The position numbers were made by a program, and so were the translations under genes. From NCBI GenBank assembly GCA_963772365.1, contig CAVYXA010000001.1, positions 1,248,001 through 1,312,000 on the forward strand: a DNA stretch of 64,000 nucleotides, read 5' to 3'. This DNA comes from an uncultured Verrucomicrobiae bacterium (GTDB taxonomy: Bacteria > Verrucomicrobiota > Verrucomicrobiia > Chthoniobacterales > UBA10450). Positions 37,495 through 48,074 of the stretch are shown piece by piece. Each line of letters begins with the position of its first letter. Positions within the stretch are counted from its first letter, which is position 1. The notes under the pieces were generated by a model, which saw nothing but the letters and a program-made list of their open reading frames with translations, was not told where the DNA came from and searched no databases.

Positions 37495-40400
37495 TTAGCC
37501 GCGACGACCGCCCAACAAGTTGAGCTGCATCATCCCGATGTCACCGCTGCCGGTCAGTTGCAGATTCGCAATCTCGAACATCGGAGCGCCTTCGCCCGCG
37601 GGAGCCGGACCGGGCAGCTGGACGAGCACCTGCTTCGAATTCGATGAAAGCGCGATGGACGCGATCTCAAACGAGGGTGAAAACTCGACGGTCGAAATCT
37701 GAAATGGCGCGGTCACCAGAACCGAAGCCGCTTGACCGGATGGAGTGAGTTGCACGGGTGCGGACTCGAAATTCGGAACAAGCTGCAGCCCGGCAACAGT
37801 GAATGACGGCGTGCCGGTGGGCGTTGGACGCTGCTGTTGAGACGGCGTCAGCCGAATATTGCCGAGCGCTCCTCCCGTGGGCTGAATCTTCGCAATCTCA
37901 AATGTCACCTGCAGATTCATCCCGGGTTGTGGCTGTTGCGATGGCGCCAGGCGCATGGTGACGATCTTCGAGGTCGGCCGCACTTGCAGCGCGCCCATCT
38001 TGAAGTTGGGCGTCAATTGCATCGAGGCGATCTCGAAAGTGAACGTAAGTTGCACAGCTGTGTGCATCGCGCCTGCCGGTTGAGGTCCGGCGCCAGGCGC
38101 TGAAGTTGGTCTAACGGTTGGGATTTGGATCGGTTCAGGCATGGTTACAGGTGTTGTTGTTTGGACTAAAGATTCGGACGGCTCGATGATACTCGTTTTA
38201 AACGACTGACTGTCAACTGCCGGTTCGACTGAGGAAACTTCCGGCCACGCCGGCATTTGATTTGGAATTGGTTGTCCCTGCCCAACGGGTTCCACTTCCG
38301 TTTCAGCGACGGCTTCTGCTTCGAGTTCAGGCTCAGCCTCGGCGATCACCTCGGGCTCCGCGATCGATTCCGGCTCGACAACGGGAGCTTTCATCGTCGA
38401 CTCAGCTGTCACCGGTTCAGAAATTGCCGCGTCGAAGATTGGTTCCTCCGAAATCGATTCGAAAGCCGGAGATGCCGCGAATGCCGTCGCGGCTGGAACT
38501 TCGCCAGGCCAAATTGCTGGTTCCAAAGCTTCCGAAGCGGCCGGCATTGTCGGTTCGGTTTTCTGCTCGATTTTCGATTCCGCAATCTGCGGCCCCTGCT
38601 CGATCACTGGTCCAACAGATTCGGCAATCGGCGATTCAAATACCGAGCTTATGGGCTCGCTCACCGCCTCAATGACTTGCGGTTCGCCAACTGCGGATGT
38701 CGGCGCTTTGAAAGCGACCTGCTCTGATGCGCGTCGTACCATAGGTTCGGCAGTTCCTGCCACAGCCGCTTCAGCACCATTCGGACCACGATGAGGTTTG
38801 CCCGAAGGCATTGTTGCCCGCCGCAGAGAAGGCTCTGAAGCTTTCAACTGCAATGAAATCTGGCGCGGACCGCCGTTGAGCCGCCGTGAAACGGCGGGGC
38901 CTGTTTCCGTGGGAGCAACGGTTAATGACGGAACGCTTGGTCCACCCGCCGCCGCAGTCTGGCGGAAAAGCGGAACCTGGGGTACACCCCGCTGACGCAT
39001 CAACCGCAAACCCCCAGCGATCAGGAACATTGCGGCCACCAAAAGCCCACCGATGATCCACGTTCGTGGAGCGGCGAAGCGGGTTTTCTCGGCGGCGGTC
39101 GCTTTTGGCGCTTCACTGACGTGAGCAGGGGCGAGTGCAGTTACAGGGGTCGAAGCAACCGTCGGTGCGGATTGAGCAACCGCGGGCTGTGTGGCTTCCG
39201 TCGCGGGCGAAGTCAGAGCCGCCACCGATGGGGCCGGCGAAGATTCGGCCACGACCGGCGTCGTCTCAACTGTCGGCGATAAAGTGGGCGCCGGCGCCGC
39301 CGGCACTTGTTCCGGCGTAGCGGGAGTTCCAGCAGCAATCGTAGCAGCGGCGGTTCCAGCAGGAGAGGCAGCCGCTTCAGCAACGTTGGCCTCTTTCCAA
39401 TTAACGAATGGACTCGCCGCCGGTGAAGAAGCGGCAATAGATTCTGGTTTGGATTCGGATTTCGGTTCCGCCGCGCTTTCAGCAGCAAGTTCCGTCTTCG
39501 TTTCCTTCGGCTGTTTAGCCGATGCCAATGCCGTGCCGGGGATCGGGCTCGGTTCGATTGCCGGACTGGCCTCGGTTGGTGCCGACATTACCGTGGCCGC
39601 TTCAGCAGCCGGAGCAGGTCCCCCTGCAATTGCTGGACTCTGCATCCACCCGAGATCGTAAAATGAATCCGCGAAAACATTATTCAGAGCGGAGGAATAA
39701 ATCTTCTTCGCTGAGGCGACCCAGTCGTTCGCCTTATCCGCGTTGTTATGCTTAAACTCCCAGGCCGCTTGGGCATAATAAAGAGCCGGCGTATCGCCAG
39801 TGAACTGAAACTGCTCCATCAATTTTTGCGCCCGGCTATCCTTGCCCTCGAGCAGGTAGGTCATGAAAACCTTGAACTTCAGGATCTGTGAAGCCTGGTT
39901 CTTGTCGCCGCCCGGTGTTTGTTTCAACAGCGTCTCGAATCGATCTCGCGCCGTGTCGTAATCCTTCTTTTTGAATGGAATTTGAGCCAGGCTGTATTGC
40001 GCCTCGCGGAATTTCGGATCGACCTTCAGTGCATTTTTGAATGCCTGGTCGGCTTCTTCGAATTGCTTCTGCTCCATCAAAATCTCGCCCCGCAGAGTCA
40101 ACGTTGCAGGCTGATTTGGCTCGGCTGCATCAGCTTCATCGACAAATTTGCGCGCCGTATCCAGATCCCGCTGCTGGAAAGCCTGCTGCGCCTGTTCGAA
40201 TCGGGAATGAGCAAACGACTTTGTCTTTTCGGTTCGTTCCGCTGCTGTGGTTAACGGCATGGAAGCCCGCGGCTCACCGGCCGGCTTCTGCAACCATCCC
40301 ACTTCATACAGCGATTCGGCGAAGAGCTTGTTCAACTGCGGAGAAAAATTCTTTTCCGCCGTAGCCATCCAATCTTTGGCTTTCTGCTCGTCCTTGTGCT

Positions 40401-40944
40401 GAAAAGCAATCGCCACATTCGAATAATGAACCGCCGGCGTGTCGGGCGATAATTCGAACTTGGCCAGGATGGAATCGACCATGTTCTCTTTTCCCTCGAG
40501 CAGATAAGTCAGCAAAATTTTGTATTGAATGAGCTGCGCCGCCTCGCCTTCCAGATCGGAGACATTACTGGAAAGCAAATTCTGGAAGCGCTCGCGAGCT
40601 TGCGCCCAGTCCTTTTTCAAAAATGGGATCTCGGCCAGATTGAATCGCGCATTCCAAAACTTCGGATCGATCTTGACCGCTTCCTGCAAAGCCGTTTGCG
40701 CCTCTTCGTATTTGCCTTCGCGCATTAAAATCACACCCCGCAGGTTGTGCGATTCCGCCACATCCGGTTGACGAGCATCAATTTCGTCGAGTTGCTTGAG
40801 GGCTTCGGAATAATTGTTCCCGTCAAATTCGCGGAACGCCTTGCTATACATTGCCTCCAGCTCGGCTTTTGAGGGCGCCACATTACTGGCTGCGAAGGAA
40901 CTGAAAACCAAAACCATTACCGCCGCGATTTTCCGAATCTTCAT
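37495..40944 (-). CDS. Large bitopic protein: duplicated TPR module, Pro/Ala linker, TM, acidic region, C-terminal beta-repeat domain
   Basis: Signal peptide, two homologous ~200-aa TPR blocks, TM WIIGGLLVAAMFLIAGGL. Confidence 0.85.
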   Translation of the reverse strand: MKIRKIAAVMVLVFSSFAASNVAPSKAELEAMYSKAFREFDGNNYSEALKQLDEIDARQPDVAESHNLRGVILMREGKYEEAQTALQEAVKIDPKFWNARFNLAEIPFLKKDWAQARERFQNLLSSNVSDLEGEAAQLIQYKILLTYLLEGKENMVDSILAKFELSPDTPAVHYSNVAIAFQHKDEQKAKDWMATAEKNFSPQLNKLFAESLYEVGWLQKPAGEPRASMPLTTAAERTEKTKSFAHSRFEQAQQAFQQRDLDTARKFVDEADAAEPNQPATLTLRGEILMEQKQFEEADQAFKNALKVDPKFREAQYSLAQIPFKKKDYDTARDRFETLLKQTPGGDKNQASQILKFKVFMTYLLEGKDSRAQKLMEQFQFTGDTPALYYAQAAWEFKHNNADKANDWVASAKKIYSSALNNVFADSFYDLGWMQSPAIAGGPAPAAEAATVMSAPTEASPAIEPSPIPGTALASAKQPKETKTELAAESAAEPKSESKPESIAASSPAASPFVNWKEANVAEAAASPAGTAAATIAAGTPATPEQVPAAPAPTLSPTVETTPVVAESSPAPSVAALTSPATEATQPAVAQSAPTVASTPVTALAPAHVSEAPKATAAEKTRFAAPRTWIIGGLLVAAMFLIAGGLRLMRQRGVPQVPLFRQTAAAGGPSVPSLTVAPTETGPAVSRRLNGGPRQISLQLKASEPSLRRATMPSGKPHRGPNGAEAAVAGTAEPMVRRASEQVAFKAPTSAVGEPQVIEAVSEPISSVFESPIAESVGPVIEQGPQIAESKIEQKTEPTMPAASEALEPAIWPGEVPAATAFAASPAFESISEEPIFDAAISEPVTAESTMKAPVVEPESIAEPEVIAEAEPELEAEAVAETEVEPVGQGQPIPNQMPAWPEVSSVEPAVDSQSFKTSIIEPSESLVQTTTPVTMPEPIQIPTVRPTSAPGAGPQPAGAMHTAVQLTFTFEIASMQLTPNFKMGALQVRPTSKIVTMRLAPSQQPQPGMNLQVTFEIAKIQPTGGALGNIRLTPSQQQRPTPTGTPSFTVAGLQLVPNFESAPVQLTPSGQAASVLVTAPFQISTVEFSPSFEIASIALSSNSKQVLVQLPGPAPAGEGAPMFEIANLQLTGSGDIGMMQLNLLGGRRG

Positions 40945-41083
40945 AGGATGTTGATTAGAATCAATTCGTCTGATCCGTGACAAGCCTAAATTTCAGCAAT
41001 CGCCGGCCACAAATTCGGCCCATTATAATAGCAGAAAATCGACCGGCAACTTTTTACTGCAGCGCTGGAATATCGACAACTGT

Positions 41084-41830
41084 TTACGAATTGAGATTCG
41101 CAATGATCCGCAGGCCTTCCAGCGTTAGCTTCGGGTCAATGGCATCGATCTCGCGTAATTTCGTGGCCAGCAATTTCGCATAACCGCCGGTCGCCACCAC
41201 GTGCACTTTTTCTTTTGGAAACTGTTCGGTTTTAACACGAGCGATGATCTCGCGCACTAAACCGCGATAACCGATTACCGCCCCCGACCGCATGGCTTCG
41301 ATTGTCGATCTTCCCACGGCGCGTCTCGGCTCGCGTAAGGTCAATCTCGGCAGCAACGCCGTGCGGTGATACAGAAAATTCGTCATTGCTTCCAAGCCGG
41401 GCGCGATCACTCCACCAATGTATTTTCTTTGATTCGAGACAATGTCGAAAGTCACCGCCGTTCCGAAATCGACCACGATGGCTGGACAACCATAAAGCGC
41501 CCCCACCGCTGCCGCGTTCGCCAAACGATCGGCTCCAATCTTTTCCGGCGCCGGATAATCAATGCCGACACCCAATTTGGTTTTCGAATTTAACGAAAGC
41601 ACTTTCGTTTTTCCCGCCGCTTTTCGAATCAGACGATTTTTCTTCGGGACCACCGAGGAAAAAACAATCAGCTCTATCTTTCGTTTTCCCAGGACGCGGT
41701 GAACGAATTTGGCCGTGAGTTGCGGCGTGCTGATCCGAATCTGCCGGGCAATTCGAGTTCGCGAAGCCAACGCGAGCTTCGTAAACGAATTGCTGATATC
41801 GATCAAAAGATAGTTCGTCACGCGAGCCAT
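41084..41830 (-). CDS. coaX: Type III pantothenate kinase
   Basis: IDISNS, IGADRL, VDFGTAVT, GGVIAPG, ATGG. Confidence 0.95.
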   Translation of the reverse strand: MARVTNYLLIDISNSFTKLALASRTRIARQIRISTPQLTAKFVHRVLGKRKIELIVFSSVVPKKNRLIRKAAGKTKVLSLNSKTKLGVGIDYPAPEKIGADRLANAAAVGALYGCPAIVVDFGTAVTFDIVSNQRKYIGGVIAPGLEAMTNFLYHRTALLPRLTLREPRRAVGRSTIEAMRSGAVIGYRGLVREIIARVKTEQFPKEKVHVVATGGYAKLLATKLREIDAIDPKLTLEGLRIIANLNS

Positions 41831-41867
41831 GCTTGCGAGAGTTTAGCCACATGCGTAGCCTCGTCCC

Positions 41868-43526
41868 GTGCGAAAATTAGTTCACCGCCCGCGCCGATTG
41901 CGCCGGTCCCCTGCCCTGCGCAATCTCGTTCGGGAAACAATTCTCAATCCGCACGATTTCGTGCTGCCGCTTTTCGTGAGCGAGAAGATCGACAAACGCC
42001 GCCCGATCGCCACCATGCCTGGCGTTTCACAATTGTCGATCAATGAAATTGTCGAAGAGGCACGGCGCGCTCAGGATCTCGGTCTCCAGGCCATTTTGCT
42101 TTTTGGAATTCCGGAGAAGAAAGACGAGCAGGCCAGCGAGGCTTACGCCAAAGATGGAGTCGTGCAGGGAGCAGTCCGCGCCATCAAATCGAAGTGTCCG
42201 GAACTGGTCGTGATCACCGATGTTTGTTTGTGCGAATACATGAGTCATGGCCATTGCGGCGTCATGCGCATCGATGGCGATCATTTTCACGTGCTCAATG
42301 ATGAGACTGTCGATCTTCTGGTGAAAACCGCGGTGTCCCATGCCGCTGCCGGCGCAGACATGGTTGCGCCGAGCGACATGATGGACGGACGGATCGGCGC
42401 GATTCGCGAAGCGCTCGATTCAAATGGCTTTAATGAAACCGGTATCATGAGTTACGCGGCCAAGTTTGCCTCCGCATTCTATAGTCCGTTTCGCGATGCA
42501 GCCGAGAACGCGCCGCAATTTGGCGATCGGCGGTCTTATCAGATGGATTATGCGAACGCCGAAGAAGCGATTCGCGAAGTAGCCCTCGATGTCGATGAAG
42601 GCGCCGACATCGTGATGGTCAAGCCAGCCCTGCCCTACCTCGATATTCTCTGGCGCGTCCACGAACGCTTCGGCAAGCCGACCGCCGTCTATCATGTCAG
42701 CGGCGAATACGCCATGATCAAAGCCGCTGCCGAAAAAGGTTTATTGGATGAACGCGCCGCCGTTCTGGAAGTGACAACCGCCCTCAAGCGCGCCGGCGCA
42801 GACCTGATCGTCACCTATTGGGCTTGCGAGCTGGCGCAATGGACGCGGCCGGTAAAAATTCGCCGCGGCGAAAGCGAAACTCATGCGCGCCTGAAACGCC
42901 TCGCCTTTGCCTGGGCGCAAGCGAACGGTTACTCCGCGTGCGCAATGGAAGTGCGGGTGCCGAAATGTCGTTACCGGGCCGATGTCGCCGCCTATCAGCC
43001 CCAAAAGGAAAGTCTAGGATCGACAGCGATCTTCGAGTGCAAACAAGCCATGCCCGATTTGCGGCGGGACAACTGCGACGTCATGGCGACTCGTGAACGG
43101 TTGGAAAGCGTCTGCCGCCGGCGGACCATTCTCGAAAAGCATCTGCGGATTCATTTTCCGAATCTTCGAATCGCTGATTCGCTATTTCCGGAATTCGATT
43201 CGCACAATTTCGCCGCCATCCAACACCGCGGCTACAACCGCGTGTTACGGGAACTAAACGCGCTTCAAAATCGTCTCTACGATTGCACAAAGTTCGACAA
43301 ACTGAGCCGCTATCGCTGCGCAAACCTGCTGTTTTTAGTTTTGCCTCGCGATTTATTTCGGGAATCAGAAGTACCAGTCGGTTGGGGAGCGCTCGTCGAA
43401 TCCGACGGCGAACTCGTGCTCGCCCGCAAACCGGTCCGGCAGGACAACAGCGCTGAAATCCGCTTGCAGCTCTTACAACGAATCGCGGCTGCCGGCACTC
43501 GCGCGTTGAATCGACAATTGCTCTAG
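41868..43526 (+). CDS. hemB: Porphobilinogen synthase fused in frame to a PD-(D/E)XK/MmcB-like domain
   Basis: RPRRLR, DVCLCEYMSHGHCG, APSDMMDG, MVKPA; after ~aa 325 an extra ~225 aa with RADVAAY..IFECKQ. Confidence 0.9.
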   Translation: MRKLVHRPRRLRRSPALRNLVRETILNPHDFVLPLFVSEKIDKRRPIATMPGVSQLSINEIVEEARRAQDLGLQAILLFGIPEKKDEQASEAYAKDGVVQGAVRAIKSKCPELVVITDVCLCEYMSHGHCGVMRIDGDHFHVLNDETVDLLVKTAVSHAAAGADMVAPSDMMDGRIGAIREALDSNGFNETGIMSYAAKFASAFYSPFRDAAENAPQFGDRRSYQMDYANAEEAIREVALDVDEGADIVMVKPALPYLDILWRVHERFGKPTAVYHVSGEYAMIKAAAEKGLLDERAAVLEVTTALKRAGADLIVTYWACELAQWTRPVKIRRGESETHARLKRLAFAWAQANGYSACAMEVRVPKCRYRADVAAYQPQKESLGSTAIFECKQAMPDLRRDNCDVMATRERLESVCRRRTILEKHLRIHFPNLRIADSLFPEFDSHNFAAIQHRGYNRVLRELNALQNRLYDCTKFDKLSRYRCANLLFLVLPRDLFRESEVPVGWGALVESDGELVLARKPVRQDNSAEIRLQLLQRIAAAGTRALNRQLL

Positions 43527-44026
43527 CCAGCGTTGGACAGAACGAAGACGTTCGTGGGGAACCCGCGAAACATTGTTTGTTTCTCCAATTTCATGCCGAC
43601 TTTCTCGGCAACGCGCCGGGATGGGACATTATCCGGGTGAATCAGCGAGATGACTCGCGGCAGCTTCAAATCATGAACGCCGTGATCGCGCACGGCCCGG
43701 GCGCCTTCCGTCGCCAAACCGAGGTTCCAGTAATCTGGATGCAATCGATAACCGATCTCAATTTCGTTCGTACCATCGACAATTTGATGAAAAAACCCGC
43801 AGTAACCGATTAGCGCACCGGTTTCACGGTCGATCACCGCAAATTGCGATGGCAACCGATCTCGATTCCAGCCCAGGATTTTTTCCAAGAACGCCTTCGT
43901 TTTGTCGCGAGTGAAAACTCCAGTTGAGAAACGCATGAAACCGGGATTGGCCATGAGGTCGGCCAATCGATCCACATCTTGCTTACAGAACGGACGCAGA
44001 ATCAGGCGCTCGGTTTCTAAAATCAT
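43523..44026 (-). CDS. RimJ/RimL-type GNAT acetyltransferase
   Basis: LETERLILR, EIGYRL, GLATE, NVPSRRVAEKVGM. Confidence 0.92.
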   Translation of the reverse strand: MILETERLILRPFCKQDVDRLADLMANPGFMRFSTGVFTRDKTKAFLEKILGWNRDRLPSQFAVIDRETGALIGYCGFFHQIVDGTNEIEIGYRLHPDYWNLGLATEGARAVRDHGVHDLKLPRVISLIHPDNVPSRRVAEKVGMKLEKQTMFRGFPTNVFVLSNAG

Positions 44027-44055
44027 TTCAAGGCGGCGACGCTCATAGAGCGCCG

Positions 44056-44832
44056 CTACAGCAACGGAAGAGCGGCTTCCAGTAATCGGCGAAAAGTTCC
44101 AGCGGCTTTCTCGGCGGTTTCCAGAACTTCTTCATGACTGAGCGCTGTACCCGAAAATCCCGCCGCCAGATTCGTTAGACAGGAAAACCCCGCCACTTCG
44201 ATGCCAATCGCGCATGCTTGGATGGTTTCCAGCACAGTCGACATCCCGATCGCATCGGCGCCGAGTTTTCGCAGCATCCGCACCTCGGCTGGTGTTTCGT
44301 ATTGCGGGCCGAGCACGCCGGCATAAACGCCTTCGCGCAATACCATGTCGATCTTGCGCGCGGCTTTCCGAAAGCTCTCAAGCCATCGCGGCGAGAAAAC
44401 TGCCGTCAGATCGACAAGTTCCGTCGTTCCCAGCAATGGGGTAGTTCCAGTGAGATTGATCTGATCGGTGATCATCATCCAGTCCTCCGGCTTGAATTTT
44501 GGATTGGTCGCGCCGGCGGCATTCGTGAGGATGATTTTGTCAATTCCGGCATCGGCCAAAATGCGAATCCCGGCGGTTACATCGCGAGCCGATAATCCTT
44601 CATAAAGATGGACGCGGCCTTGCGCAAAAATCACGCGCTCATCGCCGATCTGATCAAGAATGAAACGTCCGGCATGTCCGGGCACAGATGGCTGAGGTAT
44701 CTCCGGGAATTTGCTGTAGTCGATCAGTTGATCACTCGCGGGTTCGCCGACGACCGAACTCAACCCAGATCCGAGAACGATTGCGATTTTGGCATTATGA
44801 GCCCGGAGCCGTTCCAAAGCAGGATTTTGCAT
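44056..44832 (-). CDS. Purine-nucleoside phosphorylase
   Basis: LGSGL, QGRVHLYEG, TNAAG, GPQYETPAE, GMSTVLE. Confidence 0.94.
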   Translation of the reverse strand: MQNPALERLRAHNAKIAIVLGSGLSSVVGEPASDQLIDYSKFPEIPQPSVPGHAGRFILDQIGDERVIFAQGRVHLYEGLSARDVTAGIRILADAGIDKIILTNAAGATNPKFKPEDWMMITDQINLTGTTPLLGTTELVDLTAVFSPRWLESFRKAARKIDMVLREGVYAGVLGPQYETPAEVRMLRKLGADAIGMSTVLETIQACAIGIEVAGFSCLTNLAAGFSGTALSHEEVLETAEKAAGTFRRLLEAALPLL

Positions 44833-44836
44833 GGCT

Positions 44837-44926
44837 GTCATCCTGAGCGAAGGGAAGGATCTCCACTCATTTCGAACGCACCCAATCCAGAAATGGCGCG
44901 AGATGTTTCGCTCCGCTCAACATGAC
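44837..44926. repeat. REP/MITE-like element, family B
   Basis: GTCATCCTGAGCGAAGGGAAGGATCTC / GAGATGTTTCGCTCCGCTCAACATGAC. Confidence 0.8.
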
Positions 44927-44934
44927 CGCGAAAA

Positions 44935-46575
44935 CTATGCAGCCGAGACCGGTGGCGCGCTGGCCGGTTTTCGCGTCTCAGCCATCACGTCAGGCCGGAT
45001 TCCTTCCTCGCGGGTGCTGATCGTGCGCGGGGGCTGTTTGGGATAGGCGATCCGGCTGTGCAACATCGTCATGAGCGTGAACTGGAAGCGCTCGGCGATT
45101 ACCTTGAGCTCGCCCAAAGTCAGATCGCACTCGTCCAGTTGACCGTCGGCAATTCGTTCTTCGATCAATTCGCGCACCAACTGGTCGATCTTTTGCGGCG
45201 TCGGCTTTTCCAAGCTTCGCGATGCGCCCTCGACGATATCGGCCAGACTAACGATCGCGCTCTCCTTCGTTTGCGGCTTCGGGCCGCCGTAGCGGAAATT
45301 CGATTCCTGCACGTCGGGGATGTCTTCCTCGCGGATGTTAGTGATTTTTCCATCTGCCCGCGCCTCCTCCTGCTGTTGAATGGCCCGCTGGTAAAAGTAA
45401 TAAACCAGTGACGTGCCATGGTGCTCCTGAATGATGTCGATGATGCGCTGGTTGAGTTTGTATTTGAGCGCGAGATCGACACCTTCTTTCACGTGCGCAA
45501 TGATGATTAATGCGCTCATTGTCGGCGCGAGATCGTCGTGCGGATTGCGTTCGAAATTCATGTTCTCAGTGAAATATTCCGGCTTCACCAATTTGCCGAC
45601 ATCGTGAAAGTACGAGCAAACGCGGCAAAGCGTGGCGTTCGCGCCAATCGCTTCGCCAGCCGCCTCGGCCAGGTTCGCGACGACCAGGCTGTGATGATAC
45701 GTGCCAGGCGCTTCGATTGTCATTCGCCGGAGCAAGGGGTGATTGAGGTCGGACATTTCCAGCCACGAAATATCCGTGGTGACTTGAAATATCTGCTCGA
45801 GTATGGGCAGCGTGCCGCCCACTACCATTGCCGTAACGATGCCGTTGCCGACAGCCAGCCCGCTCTGGAGACCGATCAATTCCCAATCGTTCGCCATCGG
45901 AGGGAAGAAATCGATCGGGCCGATAAAACCGAACGTGAGCGATAACAACCAGATCGCAACGCCGACGCCGACACCGGCTCGGATCAGCCGGCTACGCCGT
46001 CGCACTTGCAACGTCAGATAGACGGCAGTGAAACCGCTGATTAAACAACAGACCAAAAGCGGCGCGTTAATGGTTCCAAAGAGGATGCTGCTCCATAGAC
46101 TCACAGATACCGCCGCGTAAAGACCGTGGTTGCGTCCGAGTAAGACACTCAGCACCAGTGGAGCAAACGCATACGGCGCAATCAGCACTCCCATTCCGGG
46201 TTTCAAAAATCCAAACGTGCCGTTATTGCAGAGGACGATCAGTAACTTCGTCGCGGCGAGTTGCGCGAAAATGATTCCGAAGACGAGAAGCACGAGGGAA
46301 TTTTGCGCGAATGTTTTCGGCTGATTGATCCAAAGCTGGGTGACGGCGATACCCAGAAAAAGCAGCGAAATGATGAAATTCTTCGTCGGCTCCGATTCCT
46401 GTCCGCTGAAGATGAGAAACGCCAATCCGACTACAAACGCAGCCAGAATGAACACCTTTACGTAGCCGGCACTTTGAAGGTTTTGCAGCAGTTCGTTGCG
46501 CGTCCGTCGACGCCGCAGTTTTCGCGACGCCCAGCCTCGCCTTATCAACCGTCCGCGCTTTAGAAAATCAAACAT
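44935..46575 (-). CDS. 7TM-HDIG family phosphohydrolase (PgpH-like)
   Basis: Multi-TM; APGTYHHS, HDVGK, HHGT, FRYGGPKP; downstream of phoH. Confidence 0.9.
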   Translation of the reverse strand: MFDFLKRGRLIRRGWASRKLRRRRTRNELLQNLQSAGYVKVFILAAFVVGLAFLIFSGQESEPTKNFIISLLFLGIAVTQLWINQPKTFAQNSLVLLVFGIIFAQLAATKLLIVLCNNGTFGFLKPGMGVLIAPYAFAPLVLSVLLGRNHGLYAAVSVSLWSSILFGTINAPLLVCCLISGFTAVYLTLQVRRRSRLIRAGVGVGVAIWLLSLTFGFIGPIDFFPPMANDWELIGLQSGLAVGNGIVTAMVVGGTLPILEQIFQVTTDISWLEMSDLNHPLLRRMTIEAPGTYHHSLVVANLAEAAGEAIGANATLCRVCSYFHDVGKLVKPEYFTENMNFERNPHDDLAPTMSALIIIAHVKEGVDLALKYKLNQRIIDIIQEHHGTSLVYYFYQRAIQQQEEARADGKITNIREEDIPDVQESNFRYGGPKPQTKESAIVSLADIVEGASRSLEKPTPQKIDQLVRELIEERIADGQLDECDLTLGELKVIAERFQFTLMTMLHSRIAYPKQPPRTISTREEGIRPDVMAETRKPASAPPVSAA

Positions 46576-46599
46576 GCCAGTGGGAGAAAATTGTCGATC

Positions 46600-47574
46600 C
46601 TATTTTCGGCTCGGCGGCGCAGGCGACCGATGTTGTTGGTAAGCGTTAATAATGGCGCGCACGAGTTCATGCCGAACAACATCGCGTTCGGTGAAGTAAA
46701 CAGTCGCAATACCGGGGATGTTTTTCAATGCTTGAAGAGCTTCGACGACGCCGGAGCGTTTGTTGGCTGGAAGGTCGATCTGAGTTACGTCGCCCGTGAC
46801 CACGCATTTGGAATTGAGCCCGATACGGGTTAGCAACATGAACATTTGCTCCATAGTTGTATTCTGCGCTTCATCGAGGATGACGAAGGCGTTATTCAAT
46901 GTCCGGCCCCGCATGTAGGCCAGCGGCGCGACCTCAATGATCTGCCGCGCCATCGCTCGTTCCAATTCCTCAGGGTCTAACATGTCGCGCAATGCATCAT
47001 TAAGCGGCCGCAGATACGGCGTGATTTTTTGTTCGAGATCGCCCGGCAGAAATCCGAGCGCTTCGCCCGCTTCCACCGCTGGCCGGGTCAAAATGATTCG
47101 GGCAACTTCTTCTTTTTTCAGGGCGGCGACGGCCATCGCCACGGCCAGATAGGTTTTGCCAGTGCCGGCCGGACCGATCCCAAAAACCACATCGTGTTTC
47201 TGAATTGCCTCGACATAAGCGCGCTGGTTTGCGCTTCGGGCCATGATGGGCGCCTTGCGCGAGGATGTGACAATCTTTGTCGAAGCTAATTCGCCCAGGT
47301 TCTCGGGCCGCTCTTCGCTGACGGAACTCAAAGTGTAATTAAATTCATGTTTCTGAATCGGGACGCCTTGTTTGCGAGCTTCGTCGAGCTGCTGAAATAC
47401 CTGCTCTGCCTTGTCGATCTTCTCCGGGTCGCCTTCCAGTTTCACCCAGCCTTCCCGGGTTGTGACTTTCACTCCCAGTTTGTCTTCGAGGTTCTTGAGC
47501 AGTTTGAGGTCATTCGCGTAAAGCGATTGCAAAGCGCGCGGACTCTCAAACTCTAATGTGCGTGTTTCCGTCAC
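46600..47574 (-). CDS. phoH: PhoH family ATPase
   Basis: GPAGTGKT, RPAVEAGE, MRGRTL, DEAQN. Confidence 0.95.
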   Translation of the reverse strand: MTETRTLEFESPRALQSLYANDLKLLKNLEDKLGVKVTTREGWVKLEGDPEKIDKAEQVFQQLDEARKQGVPIQKHEFNYTLSSVSEERPENLGELASTKIVTSSRKAPIMARSANQRAYVEAIQKHDVVFGIGPAGTGKTYLAVAMAVAALKKEEVARIILTRPAVEAGEALGFLPGDLEQKITPYLRPLNDALRDMLDPEELERAMARQIIEVAPLAYMRGRTLNNAFVILDEAQNTTMEQMFMLLTRIGLNSKCVVTGDVTQIDLPANKRSGVVEALQALKNIPGIATVYFTERDVVRHELVRAIINAYQQHRSPAPPSRK

Positions 47575-47589
47575 TTCGGATCAACCGAT

Positions 47590-48021
47590 CTAGCGGAATC
47601 CGTAAACAAGCGCCCAGTGTGTGCGTTCTTCGGGGGATTCCTCGACAGCGACAATAACAAAATAGCTGCCAGTGCTGTTGGGAATAATGTGCGCGGCTGC
47701 GAAATGTCCCTTTTGCCACCCATCGGGCTGCTCGGCCAGTTTTCCTTCCGAGTCGTAAATGTGCACGGAAATTTTGGCCCGATCGACTTCGGTGCCCATC
47801 CAAAACCAATATTCGTTTCCTTTGAATAATTGCTGGCGCACGGCCTTCTTTTCTCCCGCGCCCAGATCGCCTCCCCAATAATCTTCGCGCACCTGAAATC
47901 CTTCTTTGACGTAAGGCTCCGCCGCCTGAAGCGCGAACGATTGAGCGTCATCGACCGATCCGCCAGCCATTGGCGTAAGGGCGAGAATGGCGGCGAACAA
48001 CAGAAAGACGCGCATGGTCAT
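47590..48021 (-). CDS. Secreted hypothetical protein (beta-sandwich-like)
   Basis: Signal peptide; same-strand operon context; start uncertain. Confidence 0.7.
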   Translation of the reverse strand: MTMRVFLLFAAILALTPMAGGSVDDAQSFALQAAEPYVKEGFQVREDYWGGDLGAGEKKAVRQQLFKGNEYWFWMGTEVDRAKISVHIYDSEGKLAEQPDGWQKGHFAAAHIIPNSTGSYFVIVAVEESPEERTHWALVYGFR

Positions 48022-48074
48022 TCTGACTGAAGCAGTGGACTCTTGCATGGAGTAATACGGGGCCATCGCAGGAA

